Source: a virus
Taxonomy: Duplodnaviria > Caudoviricetes
Length of the DNA: 40,678 nucleotides
IMG/VR virus record: IMGVR_UViG_3300029290_000002
Location: 1 to 40,678 of that record
Direction: 5' to 3' (one strand)
Shown here: in pieces, positions 15,554-25,694 of the stretch
How the letters are laid out: each line of letters starts with the position of its first letter
Position numbering within the stretch: the stretch's first letter is position 1
The notes under the pieces: generated by a model
Seen by the model: the letters and a program-made list of their open reading frames with translations, nothing else
Database searches by the model: none
Told to the model about the DNA's origin: nothing
Translations under genes and position numbers: made by a program

Positions 15554-16625
15554 ACAGAGGAAGTGGTACGACCTCAAGGCCGCGCGCAACGCCGCCGGCA
15601 AGACGGTCGCAGAGTTGCGCATCTATGACGACATCGGCTTTTGGGGCACCACCGCCAAGGCCTTCGTCAACGAGCTGGATGCCGTGGCCAAAGACGCCGA
15701 CGAGATCCTCGTCGCCGTCAATTCCGGCGGCGGCGATGTGTTCGACGGCTTTGCCATCTACAACGCACTGCGCCGCTACAGCGGCAAGGTCACGGCGCGC
15801 GTGGATGGCATTGCTGCCTCCGCCGCCTCGCTCGTCGTCATGGCGGGAGACACCATCGTCATGCCGGAAAACGCCATGATGATGATCCACAACGCCTGGA
15901 CCATCGCCGCCGGCGACGCCGCGCAAATGCGCAAGACCGCCGAGCTGCTCGACAAGACGCGCGACGGCATCGTCGCCGCCTACCGCAACAAGTGCGGCCT
16001 GACCGACGACGAAATCGTCGCCATGATGGACGCAGAGACGTGGATGACGGCGAGCGAGGCGAAGGATCGCGGCTTTGCCGATCAGATCGAGGCGCCCGTC
16101 AAGCTGCAGGCGTCTGTGCGCACCGAAGAGCTGCTCGCACGCTTCGAGCACACGCCGGAGGCGTTGCTGAAAGCGCTCGAAGCCCCGCCGGCAGAGCCGC
16201 CGCAAGCGGCCGCACCAGCAGCGCCAGTCGCCACCACGCCGCCGCCCGATCCTGGCGCGCTGGCGCAACACGCCTTCGCAGCGTGCCGCGCCGCAGGCCT
16301 GCCGCAACTGGCCGAGGCGGTCGTGTCATCCAGCGCGCTCGCCAGCACCGAAGCCATCGACGCCGTTGTCGCCCGCGCCAAAGACATCGCCGGCCTCTGC
16401 ACGGCAGCGCACCTGCCCGAACTGGCCGCGCAATTCGTCGCTGACGGGTTGAACGCCGATCAGGTTCGCGCCCGGCTGTACGACCGCGTCATGGCCAGCA
16501 GCACGCCCGGCCTGTCCAACCGCCAGCCGGTGGCGCGGCAGGAAACCACCGAGCGCAAGACCGGCCCGCACGGCCCGAGCATCTACAGCGCCCGCCGCAA
16601 GAAAACCGCTTCAGCGTTCGCCTGA
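15543..16625 (+). CDS. ClpP-type head maturation protease with scaffold-like C-terminus
   Basis: Start re-placed at ATG 15543; 'NSGGGDVFDG', 'AASAAS', 'MMIHN', 'ETWMTA.EA...GFAD'. Confidence 0.95.
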   Translation: MKAKQRKWYDLKAARNAAGKTVAELRIYDDIGFWGTTAKAFVNELDAVAKDADEILVAVNSGGGDVFDGFAIYNALRRYSGKVTARVDGIAASAASLVVMAGDTIVMPENAMMMIHNAWTIAAGDAAQMRKTAELLDKTRDGIVAAYRNKCGLTDDEIVAMMDAETWMTASEAKDRGFADQIEAPVKLQASVRTEELLARFEHTPEALLKALEAPPAEPPQAAAPAAPVATTPPPDPGALAQHAFAACRAAGLPQLAEAVVSSSALASTEAIDAVVARAKDIAGLCTAAHLPELAAQFVADGLNADQVRARLYDRVMASSTPGLSNRQPVARQETTERKTGPHGPSIYSARRKKTASAFA

Positions 16626-16648
16626 AGCCACCCATCGGAGTCACCAAG

Positions 16649-16984
16649 ATGCAAATCCAGACACAAGGCGTGCAAACCGCCGAATTCCTGCTGACCGAAG
16701 CGCCCGGCAGCCTCTCGCGCGAGCAAATCACTGTCGCCGCCGGCGAAGCGCTTCCGGCCGGGCAACTGCTCGAGCAGGCACCCGATGGCACCGGCTACGT
16801 CCCGTACGGCACCGCCGACGACGGCAAAGCCGCAGCCATCCTCTACGCACCGCTGCGCGCCTCGGACGCCGTCCGCCGCGCCACCGCCGTTGTGCGCCTG
16901 GCGGAAGTGGCCGAAGCCCGCCTGACCGGCCTTGACGCCAAAGCCCGCACCGACCTGCTCGCGGCCTTCATCGCCGTTCGCTAA
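16649..16984 (+). CDS. Head decoration protein (gpD-like)
   Basis: 'EFLLTEAPGSLSREQIT...LPAGQLL' pattern; between protease and capsid. Confidence 0.9.
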   Translation: MQIQTQGVQTAEFLLTEAPGSLSREQITVAAGEALPAGQLLEQAPDGTGYVPYGTADDGKAAAILYAPLRASDAVRRATAVVRLAEVAEARLTGLDAKARTDLLAAFIAVR

Positions 16985-17012
16985 GCACCACACCCGAATT
17001 CAGGAGAACACC

Positions 17013-18014
17013 ATGGCTGATATGGCCCTGTTCAATGACGACGCCTTTTCCATGACGTCGCTCACCGCCAGCATCAACGAGCTGGAGACAACCCCCTCGC
17101 GGCTGGCCGCCCTCGGCCTGTTCGAAGAGGAGGGCATGACCGTCACCACCGCGCAAATCGAACGCGACGGTGAAAAGCTGCAGCTCGTCGCCTCGGCAGA
17201 GCGCGGCTCGCCCGGTCAGGTCGTGGTCGGCAGCAAGCGTCAGACAATCCCGTTCAACGCCGTGCACCTGCCCGAGATCGCCACCATCAAGGCCGATGAA
17301 GTGCAGAACCTGCGCGCCTTCGGCGAAGAAACCGAACTGGAAGCCCTGCAGAGCGTGGTCAGCAAGCGCCTGCAGAAAATGCGCCGCCAGCTCGATGCCA
17401 CGCACGAGTTCCACCGCATCGGCGCCATCAAGGGCCAGATCCTCGACTCGGACGGCAAATCCGTCCTGGTCGATCTGTTCGAGCGCTTCGGCCTGAAGCA
17501 ACAGCAACTGCCCATCCTCATCGGCGACGTGCGTTCCTCCACGCTCGAACTGCTCGACATGATCGAGGATTCGCTCGGCGCCACGCCGCACACGGGCGTG
17601 CGCGCGCTGTGCGGGCGCAACTTCTGGCGTCAGTTGATGACCTCCAAAGACATCCGCGAGACCTACCTCAACACCCAAATGGCCGCCGCTCTGCGTGGCG
17701 ACCCGCGCGACACGTTCGACTTCGGCGGCGTCACGTGGGAGCGTTATCGCGGTCGCGTGGGCAACATCGGCTACATCGGCGACGACGAAGCCTACGCCGT
17801 GCCCGAAGGCGTGCCCGAACTGTTCATCACCCGTTTCGCGCCGGCAGACTACATGGAGGCCGTCAACACGAACGGACTGCCGTACTACGCCAAGCAGGAA
17901 GCCGGCAAGTTCGGCAAGGCCGTCGAGCTGGAAGCGCAGTCCAACCCGCTGCACCTGTGCACGCGCCCGCGCGCCGTGATCAAGCTGTCGGCCTCGGCAG
18001 GCAAGGCGGCCTGA
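17013..18014 (+). CDS. Major capsid protein, lambda gpE family
   Basis: ATG 17013 after AGGAG; 'FSMTSLTASIN', 'THEFHRIGAIKG', 'FAPADY.E.VNT.GLPYY', 'QSNPL..CTRP'. Confidence 0.95.
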   Translation: MADMALFNDDAFSMTSLTASINELETTPSRLAALGLFEEEGMTVTTAQIERDGEKLQLVASAERGSPGQVVVGSKRQTIPFNAVHLPEIATIKADEVQNLRAFGEETELEALQSVVSKRLQKMRRQLDATHEFHRIGAIKGQILDSDGKSVLVDLFERFGLKQQQLPILIGDVRSSTLELLDMIEDSLGATPHTGVRALCGRNFWRQLMTSKDIRETYLNTQMAAALRGDPRDTFDFGGVTWERYRGRVGNIGYIGDDEAYAVPEGVPELFITRFAPADYMEAVNTNGLPYYAKQEAGKFGKAVELEAQSNPLHLCTRPRAVIKLSASAGKAA

Positions 18015-18015
18015 T

Positions 18016-18333
18016 ATGGCGTTCCGGGACAACGTTGCTGACCTGGACGAGGCCGTGTTCGAGACGCTCTCGGATGCGGTCCAGATCGACGGGCGCCCCC
18101 ATCCGGTGATGGGCATGTTCTATTCGCCGTGGTTGGACGTCGAGCCCATGCGCGGCCAGCGCTCGGGGCTGCGTGAGCCGTTCGTGATCCTGCGTGATGC
18201 CGATGCGGCGGGCATCCGCCAGCGTGCGCGCTTGCAGGCGTTGGGCGAGCACTTCAGCGTTGTCGACGTGCAGCCCGACGGCTCCGGCACCACGAAACTC
18301 GTACTGAGGCCAGAACCATGTCCGTCACGTTAA
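18016..18333 (+). CDS. Head-tail joining/closure protein
   Basis: 105 aa ending 'VVDVQPDGSGTTKLVL'; synteny. Confidence 0.8.
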   Translation: MAFRDNVADLDEAVFETLSDAVQIDGRPHPVMGMFYSPWLDVEPMRGQRSGLREPFVILRDADAAGIRQRARLQALGEHFSVVDVQPDGSGTTKLVLRPEPCPSR

Positions 18334-18860
18334 AGGCAGAGCTGGACATTGCCGCAGCGCTTGCTCCGCTTGCATACCTCGGCAAAGAAGCCATGCGCAA
18401 CGCCTGGCGCCGCGCGCTCAAGAAGAGCGCCAACTGGGTGAAGGGTCAGACCGCCAAGCATGTCTCAGCAGAGATGCATATCGCGCAGAAACTGGTTCGC
18501 AAGCGCCTGTATTTCTTCTTGCATAGTGCGGATAGGGGCAAGGTCTGGCTCGGCCTTAACGCCATCGAGGCACATCGCCTGGGCAATCCGCGACAGACCA
18601 AGCGCGGTGTGTCTGTCGGCCGCTATAGCTTCAACAACGCGTGGATCTATCGAAGCGCACGCGGCAGCGACAAAGACGGCAAGGTGTATCGACGTGTGGG
18701 CAAGAAGCGCATGCCCATCTCTGCGGTCAAGCTCGACTGGGCAGACAAGGGCGAAGCCGCTTTCCGCAAAGCTGCCGCCGAGGTCGAAGCCCGCCTCATG
18801 GTCATTCTGGAGCAGGAAGTGAAATACGAAATCCTCAAGGCAACCGGCCATGCTCGCTGA
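18318..18860 (+). CDS. Neck/minor tail protein (gpZ-like)
   Basis: Basic 180 aa protein, 'RRALKK', 'RVGKKRMPI'; synteny. Confidence 0.75.
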   Translation: MSVTLKAELDIAAALAPLAYLGKEAMRNAWRRALKKSANWVKGQTAKHVSAEMHIAQKLVRKRLYFFLHSADRGKVWLGLNAIEAHRLGNPRQTKRGVSVGRYSFNNAWIYRSARGSDKDGKVYRRVGKKRMPISAVKLDWADKGEAAFRKAAAEVEARLMVILEQEVKYEILKATGHAR

Positions 18861-19362
18861 TCTGCAGCAACTGTTCGACGCCGTTGAATCGCACCTCAAA
18901 GCGCAATTCCCCGACGTCGCCCTAATCGGCTGGGCACCTGAAATCGAAGACAGCATGCCGCTGCCGGCCATCCTGCTGTACGTCGGCGCGCTGCGCCCGG
19001 GCTCCGACCCCGGCACAGGCCAACCGCCCATCAACATCGTGATTGAGCTGCGCGTCGTTGGCGACCCGACCGAGCCGAACGCCGAGGCCGCCATGTGGGC
19101 GCTCGCCGCACGGCTCATCAAGGTTCTGCACCACCAGACGTGGGGCCTGCCCGTCACCATGGCCGAGCTCGAAAGCGACGGCTTCCACCCAGACGGCATG
19201 CGGCCCGATCTCGACGGGTACAGCGTCATCGCCGCCGAATGGAAACACGAGTTCGACCTCGGCCCGCCCGAATGGGCGTTTGAAGACACCAGCGGCACGA
19301 CGGTCGATTTCGACATGCAGCCGCGCCACACCGAGGCCGACTATGAGCTACGAAGCGGGTGA
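18850..19362 (+). CDS. Tail completion/terminator protein
   Basis: Acidic 170 aa, 'LPAILL', 'DPGTG', 'QTWGL'; synteny. Confidence 0.7.
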   Translation: MLADLQQLFDAVESHLKAQFPDVALIGWAPEIEDSMPLPAILLYVGALRPGSDPGTGQPPINIVIELRVVGDPTEPNAEAAMWALAARLIKVLHHQTWGLPVTMAELESDGFHPDGMRPDLDGYSVIAAEWKHEFDLGPPEWAFEDTSGTTVDFDMQPRHTEADYELRSG

Positions 19363-20017
19363 ATCCGACCGGCGCCTCGCCTGCATCGTGCAGGCCGGCG
19401 TCATCGCAGCCGTGGACGTCGCTGCCGCCCGCTGCACCGTCACCGTTGCGGACTGGACGTCTGACTGGCTGCCGTGGTGGTCACGTGCCGCCGGCGCCGT
19501 GCGCGAATGGCGCCCGCCATCGCCGGGCGAGCAAGCCTTGCTCGTCTCGCCGTCGGGCTGCCTTGAAGGCGGCTTCGTCCTGGCCGGCTTCTACACAGAC
19601 CAGCACGGCGGCGCGAACGGCAATTCGGCGGACGTTACAGCCTCCGACTACCCGGACGGCGCCCGCGAGCACTACGACCACGCCGCACACGAATACCGGC
19701 TCGCCGTCCCGGCAGGCGGTCAAATCGTCCTGCAGGTCGGCGATACGTCGCTCACCTTGCGCAGCGACGGCGCCGAGTTGAAGGCGCCGCAACTGCTGGC
19801 CGACGTGCCGGCGTCCACCTTCACCGGCAGTGCCATGGTGGAGAAAGCCCTCGCGTTCCTCGGTGGGCTGACCGGGCAGGGCGCCGCAGGCGGTGCCGCC
19901 GTCGCCATTCAAGGGGGCATCCAAGCCACCGACGATGTGGTTGCCGGTGATGTTTCGCTGCGCGGCCACTCGCACATGGAGCAGGGCGACGGCGCCCCGG
20001 TGGGCGAGCCGTTCTAG
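19343..20017 (+). CDS. Baseplate spike protein gpV
   Basis: Start re-placed at ATG 19343; 'SDWLPW...AG....WRPPSPGEQ', 'YPDGA...YD', C-terminal HxH ('HSH') iron-binding tip. Confidence 0.95.
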   Translation: MSYEAGESDRRLACIVQAGVIAAVDVAAARCTVTVADWTSDWLPWWSRAAGAVREWRPPSPGEQALLVSPSGCLEGGFVLAGFYTDQHGGANGNSADVTASDYPDGAREHYDHAAHEYRLAVPAGGQIVLQVGDTSLTLRSDGAELKAPQLLADVPASTFTGSAMVEKALAFLGGLTGQGAAGGAAVAIQGGIQATDDVVAGDVSLRGHSHMEQGDGAPVGEPF

Positions 20018-20037
20018 GGTTCTCAATCATCAATCCC

Positions 20038-20062
20038 AAGGCGGCCACGTGCCGCCTTTTTT
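20038..20062 (+). terminator. Intrinsic terminator within the late operon
   Basis: AAGGCGGC-CACGT-GCCGCCTT + TTTT. Confidence 0.8.
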
Positions 20063-20075
20063 CGTTGGAGGCACT

Positions 20076-20408
20076 GTGGCCATCGTCGGCATGAACAGAC
20101 GCACGGGCGCGCTGCTCTCGGGCATGGACCACCTGCTGCAAAGCCTGACCGACATCTTGAGCACACGACGCGGCACGCGCCGCGAGCGCCCCGACTACGG
20201 CAGCGACTTGCCCGACCGGGTGGACCTGCCCATCACGCGCGGCTGGGTTGCCGCAGCGCAGGCCGAAGCCGCACGCGCCATCACCCGGTGGGAGCCGCGT
20301 CTGCGCCTTTCGCGCGTGCGCGTCGAAGGCATCGAAGACGGCAAAGTGGTCTGGCATGTCGTCGGAATCTACAACGAGCGGGCCGTCGATCTGAAGGTAC
20401 TGTCATGA
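20076..20408 (+). CDS. Baseplate wedge protein gpW/gp25 family
   Basis: GTG after GGAGG; 'GMNRRTG', 'QSLTDILST..GTR..RPDYGS', 'WEPRL'. Confidence 0.93.
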   Translation: MAIVGMNRRTGALLSGMDHLLQSLTDILSTRRGTRRERPDYGSDLPDRVDLPITRGWVAAAQAEAARAITRWEPRLRLSRVRVEGIEDGKVVWHVVGIYNERAVDLKVLS

Positions 20409-21292
20409 GCGTAATCGACCTGTCTGCACTGCCGCCGCCCGACGTTGTTGAACCACTCGACTTTGAAGCGTCCTACCAGCGGCTCCTGGCAACCTTCATG
20501 GGGCTGTGTCCCGAGTGGTCGGCCACCATGGAATCCGACCCCGTGGTCAAGCTGATCGAGCTGCTCGCGTACGTCGACCTACAGCAGCGCGCGCACGTGA
20601 ACGACTCGGCGCGCTCGACCATGCTCGGCTTTGCCGTCGGCGCGGATCTCGAACACCTGGCCGCCGGGCTGGACACGAAACGGCTTGTTGCCGTGCCGGG
20701 CGACCCGGATGCGTTCCCGCCCGTCGCGCCCATCATGGAGTCGGAAGCCAGCTTGCGCACGCGCGCGCAGGGCGCATTCGAACGCCTTTCCGTCGCTGGC
20801 CCGCGCGCCGCGTATGAGCTACACGCACGCGCCGCAGACGGCCGCGTGGCAGACGCACGGGCAATCTCGCCGGCGCCGGCGGAAGTCATCGTTTCCGTGC
20901 TCAGCAACGAGGGCGACGGCACCGCGTCGGATGAGCTCATTGAGCGCGTGCGGCAGGCGCTGAGCGATGAAGACGTCCGCCCGCTGGCTGACCGTCTGAC
21001 CGTGCAGGCCGCGCGCATCATCCGTTACCCGCTGCGCATCGTGCTGTACCACTACCCGGGCCCCGAGGCCGAACCAATGGTCGCGGCCGCGTGGGAGCGG
21101 CTCCAAGCCTATGCGCAAGAGCAACGCCGCATTGGTCGAGACGTGCGCCGCTCCGCCATCTTTGCAGCCGCACACGTGGCGGGCGTGCAGCGCGTGGAAG
21201 TGACCGAGCCAGCGGAGGACATCATCGTCGACCTGACAGAGGCGTCTTACTGCACAGGCATCGACGTCATTGTCGGGGGCGCGGATGAGTGA
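20405..21292 (+). CDS. Baseplate assembly protein gpJ
   Basis: 'IDLSALPPPDVVE', 'ESDPVVKL', 'LSVAGP..AY', 'VRPLADR'. Confidence 0.95.
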   Translation: MSVIDLSALPPPDVVEPLDFEASYQRLLATFMGLCPEWSATMESDPVVKLIELLAYVDLQQRAHVNDSARSTMLGFAVGADLEHLAAGLDTKRLVAVPGDPDAFPPVAPIMESEASLRTRAQGAFERLSVAGPRAAYELHARAADGRVADARAISPAPAEVIVSVLSNEGDGTASDELIERVRQALSDEDVRPLADRLTVQAARIIRYPLRIVLYHYPGPEAEPMVAAAWERLQAYAQEQRRIGRDVRRSAIFAAAHVAGVQRVEVTEPAEDIIVDLTEASYCTGIDVIVGGADE

Positions 21293-21905
21293 CAAAACGC
21301 TGCTGCCGGCCAACGCAACGCCGCTCGAGCGGGCACTGGCGCAAACCATCCTGACGCTGCTCGATACCCCCGTCCCGCTCAATCAATTGTGGGATGCGGA
21401 TACGTGCCCCGTGCCGCTGCTGCCATACCTGGCAAGCGCCCGCTCGGTAGACCGATGGAATGCCAACTGGCCCGAAGAGGTCAAGCGGCGCGTCGTGCGA
21501 GATGCCTTTGCCGTGCACCAACGCAAAGGCACCGCGGGTGCGCTTCGTCGCGCCCTTGAACCGCTGGGCTACCGGCTGACCGTTCGGGAATGGTGGCAAG
21601 CGCAGCCACCCAGCAGGCGCGGCACGTTCTCCCTCGACGTCGGCATCGAAAACACGGGCGCTACTGAAGCGACGTACGACGAGATCGAGCAGATCGTCGA
21701 CGACGTGCGGCCGCTATCAAGACACCTGACAGGGCTCACGCTCAGTGCAGAGATTGCCGGTTACACCGGCACCCACGCTGCCTGCCTGGAGGGCGACACC
21801 GTAACGGTGTACCCGTACATGCCCGAGGCAATTGCCACGGAAGGCGCCACGCATATCGCGGTGGCTGCCCACGTTGTTGAAATTACTACGGTATCGAATG
21901 GCTAA
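21285..21905 (+). CDS. Tail protein gpI (P2 family)
   Basis: 'LLPANATPLERA', 'CP..LLPYLA', 'HQRKGT', 'EWWQ', 'RPLSRH'. Confidence 0.95.
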   Translation: MSDKTLLPANATPLERALAQTILTLLDTPVPLNQLWDADTCPVPLLPYLASARSVDRWNANWPEEVKRRVVRDAFAVHQRKGTAGALRRALEPLGYRLTVREWWQAQPPSRRGTFSLDVGIENTGATEATYDEIEQIVDDVRPLSRHLTGLTLSAEIAGYTGTHAACLEGDTVTVYPYMPEAIATEGATHIAVAAHVVEITTVSNG

Positions 21906-23619
21906 GTACTTTGCGACTTTGACGGAGACGGGCGAGGCCAAGATGGCCCGCACGCTCGTCTCCAATACGATGGTCCCGCTCACCGAGATGGCGTTGGGCG
22001 ATGGCGGCATCGATGGCGGCGCGGATGCGGATGTGATGCCCAGCGCCGCGCAACGCGCACTCGTGCGCGAACGCCACCGCCGGCCGCTGAATCGCCTCGT
22101 CCGCGACGAGAAGAACCCGAGCATCGTGATCGCCGAGGTCTACCTGCCCGAAGAGGTCGGCGGCTGGTGGTCGCGTGAGCTGGGCCTGTACGACGAAGAT
22201 GGCGAGCTGTTCGCCGTGGCCAACGTGCCGCCCAGCTACAAGCCTGTGCTTGCGGAGGGCTCCGGGCGTGGTCAGTTCTTCCGCATGATGCTGATCCACA
22301 AAGCGGCCGGCAATATCGTTCTGAAGATCGACCCGGCCGTCGTTGTGGCAACGCGCGAGTATGTCGACGAGCAGGTGACTGCCGTTCGCATGGCCGTGAC
22401 AGGTGATGCGGAAAAACGATACGCGACCAAGGAATCGGTCGCGGCGCTGTCCCGGCACGTCGACGAAGTTCACGAGATCGCTGCCGATGCGTTGCCGCGT
22501 TCGGGTGGCGACGTGTCCGGCCCGATCAACCTCAAGGGGTCGGCGGTTGAGCTACAGCTCACCGACACACAGCAGCCCATCACGCTAGGGCGTTTCCGCC
22601 TGGTATCGAGCGGCGGCATGCTCATTGTGGACCGCAACACGGCGGGCGATGGCTCCTTTTCGACGTTCGTGCGCGCGTGCACCATCGACGGTAACGGCAA
22701 CATGGCGACCCCAGCCGGCATATTGGCTGATCGGTTCAAGACCCGGAGCGGGATGAACCTGCCGGCACATAACAACGACGGGCGTGGCTTTCTGGAGTTC
22801 GGCGGCGATACCGTCATCTGGCGCCTGTTCATGGTGGGCCCTAGCGGCAACCTGGTCCTCAACGGCTACAACGCCGACGGAAGCAACCGGAACCAGCCGT
22901 TCTACATCAACTACACAACGGGCCAGTTGGCATTTGGGGTGCGCCCGAACTTCGCGGGGCATGCGCCGTGGGATACGGATAACCTGCCAAATCCGCTTTC
23001 GACGGACGGCGGGGGCTTGGCGGCCAACAGGGGCCTCTATTTTGGTGTTGGTTACGGCAGATACGCGCTGACGGTCTCGTCAAACGGCACGGATTCCATC
23101 GGCGGCGCATTCACGGAGTGGAACGCTAACCGGACGCCCGCGTTGCAGATCGATTGTCCGTGGAACCAAGCGGCCTACATGGGCATTCGCTGGACGCAGT
23201 GGGGCACGCGCCACCTTGCGGCGATTGATTGCTATGCAGGCGGTAGCGATGCAGCCGTTCCCTATATCTCCATGCACGTCGGAGGCCGCGTCAACGCTTT
23301 TACCTTCGGCGGCAGCGGCACCCTGGTCGCTCAAGGCGACATACACGCTGGCAACGGTGGCGGCATCCTCGCCGGCAACGGAAACGTCTACATGTCGTGG
23401 GCGGGCCAGTGGCTTTCCACCTACCTGACGGGATTGGCCGGCGGCAAGGCGGGCGCAGGGGCAATTTGTCAGTGGAACACTGAAATCACAGAGTTTGGCG
23501 GCGTCTCCACTGGTTCAAGTTCCGGCCAAGCCGACTTGCCGGCCCCGTATGTACTGGTCGGCCTGCGCAACGGCTTCTACACGCATTACCTGCGCGCAGT
23601 GCAACTGCGCAACCAATGA
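21898..23619 (+). CDS. Tail fibre protein (P2 gpH-like N-terminus)
   Basis: Start ATG 21898; 'LTETGEAK', 'VGGWW.RELGL', 'SYKP.LAEGSG', 'IDPAVVVATREYVD'; Gly/Asn-rich variable C-terminus. Confidence 0.95.
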   Translation: MAKYFATLTETGEAKMARTLVSNTMVPLTEMALGDGGIDGGADADVMPSAAQRALVRERHRRPLNRLVRDEKNPSIVIAEVYLPEEVGGWWSRELGLYDEDGELFAVANVPPSYKPVLAEGSGRGQFFRMMLIHKAAGNIVLKIDPAVVVATREYVDEQVTAVRMAVTGDAEKRYATKESVAALSRHVDEVHEIAADALPRSGGDVSGPINLKGSAVELQLTDTQQPITLGRFRLVSSGGMLIVDRNTAGDGSFSTFVRACTIDGNGNMATPAGILADRFKTRSGMNLPAHNNDGRGFLEFGGDTVIWRLFMVGPSGNLVLNGYNADGSNRNQPFYINYTTGQLAFGVRPNFAGHAPWDTDNLPNPLSTDGGGLAANRGLYFGVGYGRYALTVSSNGTDSIGGAFTEWNANRTPALQIDCPWNQAAYMGIRWTQWGTRHLAAIDCYAGGSDAAVPYISMHVGGRVNAFTFGGSGTLVAQGDIHAGNGGGILAGNGNVYMSWAGQWLSTYLTGLAGGKAGAGAICQWNTEITEFGGVSTGSSSGQADLPAPYVLVGLRNGFYTHYLRAVQLRNQ

Positions 23620-24095
23620 AGGCACAGCCAATGATCACTCACGATGAACTGATCTTCTGCCTACAGCAGAAGTACCCAAATCTCGCCCATGGTGTCGACT
23701 TCTGGGTTGGCCAGGAAATGAGTCGGGACTCAGGCGAGCAGATCGCACCCGCGCGCATCATCGCGTGGCACGTAGACGAACAGCCGACCGACGAAGACGT
23801 GGCCGCGCTGGTCGAGCAGTATGGGGTTGCAGCAAAGGCACACGTGCTCGGCCAGCGAGCCCGTGAGGAACGCGACCGTCGCCTCGAGCAGGCCGACGCC
23901 ATGTTCTACAAGGCCATGGATTCCGGTGACGCCACCAAAGCCCAGCAGGTCGGTAAGTACCGCCAGGCGCTGCGCGAGGTGCCGGACCAACCCGGCTTCC
24001 CCGCCGATTTCACCTGGCCGGATATCCCGGAAGCGTTGTCGGATCTGTCGACCTCGAACGACGACACGACCGACACCCAGACCTCCGACACATGA
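23616..24095 (+). CDS. Tail fibre assembly chaperone (XkdW-like)
   Basis: 'HGVDFWV', 'RAREERDRRL', 'YRQALREVPDQPGFP....WP'. Confidence 0.9.
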   Translation: MKAQPMITHDELIFCLQQKYPNLAHGVDFWVGQEMSRDSGEQIAPARIIAWHVDEQPTDEDVAALVEQYGVAAKAHVLGQRAREERDRRLEQADAMFYKAMDSGDATKAQQVGKYRQALREVPDQPGFPADFTWPDIPEALSDLSTSNDDTTDTQTSDT

Positions 24096-24196
24096 CGCAA
24101 GCCCCATAGGAAACTGACGCACCGCTCCCTACGTTACGAGAGTCATCGGCGCGCAGCCATGACTATCCATTCACGCGGAACAGTTGAGGAGCAATC

Positions 24197-24430
24197 ATGA
24201 CCAAAGTCGTCGTCAAGCTTATTGGGCACAACAAAGAGAATCTCGTCGGCCCGGCCGTCACGGTGGGCTCGAAGCGGTGGGGCCACAACGGAGTCGATTT
24301 CGGCAAGGAACAGGAAGTCACCCCCGGCACGCATACCGTCACGGTGTACAGCGCAGGAAACGTCGTGCGCACGCTCCACGCCGAAGTGCCAAACGACGAT
24401 CACTTTGCGATTGACATCGATATCGACTAG
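24197..24430 (+). CDS. Small beta-rich hypothetical protein (moron)
   Basis: 77 aa, GAGGAG SD, own downstream terminator; 'VTPGTHTVTV' suggests a small beta-sandwich. Confidence 0.75.
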   Translation: MTKVVVKLIGHNKENLVGPAVTVGSKRWGHNGVDFGKEQEVTPGTHTVTVYSAGNVVRTLHAEVPNDDHFAIDIDID

Positions 24431-24467
24431 ATCGACATCAGCCGCCTGCCTGCCGTAACTCATCAGC

Positions 24468-24499
24468 AAGCCCCGCCATCGAGCGGGGCTTTTTCTTTT
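24468..24499 (+). terminator. Intrinsic terminator
   Basis: AAGCCCCGC-CATCGA-GCGGGGCTT + TTTCTTTT. Confidence 0.9.
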
Positions 24500-24521
24500 C
24501 CACTTCCCATCGAGGAGCCGC

Positions 24522-25685
24522 ATGGCATCTTCCTTCTTCCATGGCATCACCACCACGATTGTCGACACCGGCCCGCGCCCGATCGCCGTGCCGTCGTCGT
24601 CCATCATCGGCCTGGTAGACACCTACACCCCCGGCCCGGATCTCGTGCAGCCTGATGTGCCGGTGCAAATCACCAACCCGCGCGAGGCGGCGCAGGCGTT
24701 CGGCCAGGACAGTGCCATCACGCGCGCCATCAACGCCATCTATACCCGCACCTCGGCGGTCATCGTTGCTACCGGCATTGCCGCGTCGGACGATGCCGAT
24801 GCGCTCACGTCCAGCGTGATTGGCGGCACCACCGGCGCCGGCATGCGCACGGGCCTGCAATCGATGCTCGATGCCAAATCCCGCTTCAACGTGCAGCCGC
24901 GTTTGCTGATCGCGCCGCAGTTCACCGCGCGCCAGCCGGTCGCGACGGCCATTGATGCGCTGGCGTCCAAGCTGCGCGCCATCGGCATCATCGACGGCCC
25001 GAACACCACCGACGAAGCCGCGCTCGCGTATGCACGCAACTTCGGCTCCAAGCGCCTCTACATGGTCGACCCGGGCGTGCGCACGTGGGACACGGCGGCC
25101 AATGCGGAGATCGATGCACCGGCATCTGCCTACGTGGCTGGCCTGTTTGCGTACACCGATGCGGAATACGGTTACTGGGCTTCGCCGTCCAACAAGGAAT
25201 TCGTCGGCATCACCGGCACCGGCCGGCCCATCGAGTTTCTCGACAACGATCCAACCTGCCGCGCCAACCTGCTCAACGAGGCCCGCATCGCCACCATCAT
25301 TCGTGACGGTGGTTACCGCCTGTGGGGCAACCGCACGTTGTCCGCCGATCCGAAATGGTCGTTCGTCACGCGGGTGCGCACGCTCGACATCCTCATGGAT
25401 GCAGCGCAGGCCGGTCACAAATGGGCCGTCGACCGTGGCATCACAAAAACCTACGTCCACGACGTCACCGAAGGCCTGCAGGCATTCATGCGCGACCAGC
25501 GCAACGCAGGCGCGCTCATCAATTTCGAGGTCTATGCCGACCCGGTCCTCAACACCGCCAGCCAGATCGAGCAGGGCCGCGTCGTGTGGAACGTGCGTTT
25601 CACCGACGTCATCCCGGCAGAAAACCCGATCTTCCGCTTCGAGGTCACCAACGAGTGGCTGACCGAAGTGCTCGACACCAAATAA
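24522..25685 (+). CDS. Contractile tail sheath protein (P2 FI-like)
   Basis: 'FFHGIT', 'RTGLQ', 'PRLLIAP', 'YWASPSN', 'GYRLWGNRT', 'FVTRVRT'. Confidence 0.97.
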   Translation: MASSFFHGITTTIVDTGPRPIAVPSSSIIGLVDTYTPGPDLVQPDVPVQITNPREAAQAFGQDSAITRAINAIYTRTSAVIVATGIAASDDADALTSSVIGGTTGAGMRTGLQSMLDAKSRFNVQPRLLIAPQFTARQPVATAIDALASKLRAIGIIDGPNTTDEAALAYARNFGSKRLYMVDPGVRTWDTAANAEIDAPASAYVAGLFAYTDAEYGYWASPSNKEFVGITGTGRPIEFLDNDPTCRANLLNEARIATIIRDGGYRLWGNRTLSADPKWSFVTRVRTLDILMDAAQAGHKWAVDRGITKTYVHDVTEGLQAFMRDQRNAGALINFEVYADPVLNTASQIEQGRVVWNVRFTDVIPAENPIFRFEVTNEWLTEVLDTK

Positions 25686-25694
25686 CGGAGGTGC

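Noticed and set aside
21898-24196. Invertible tail-fibre segment or diversity-generating retroelement
   Set aside because: Only one fibre and one chaperone; no invertase, reverse transcriptase or template/variable repeat pair seen
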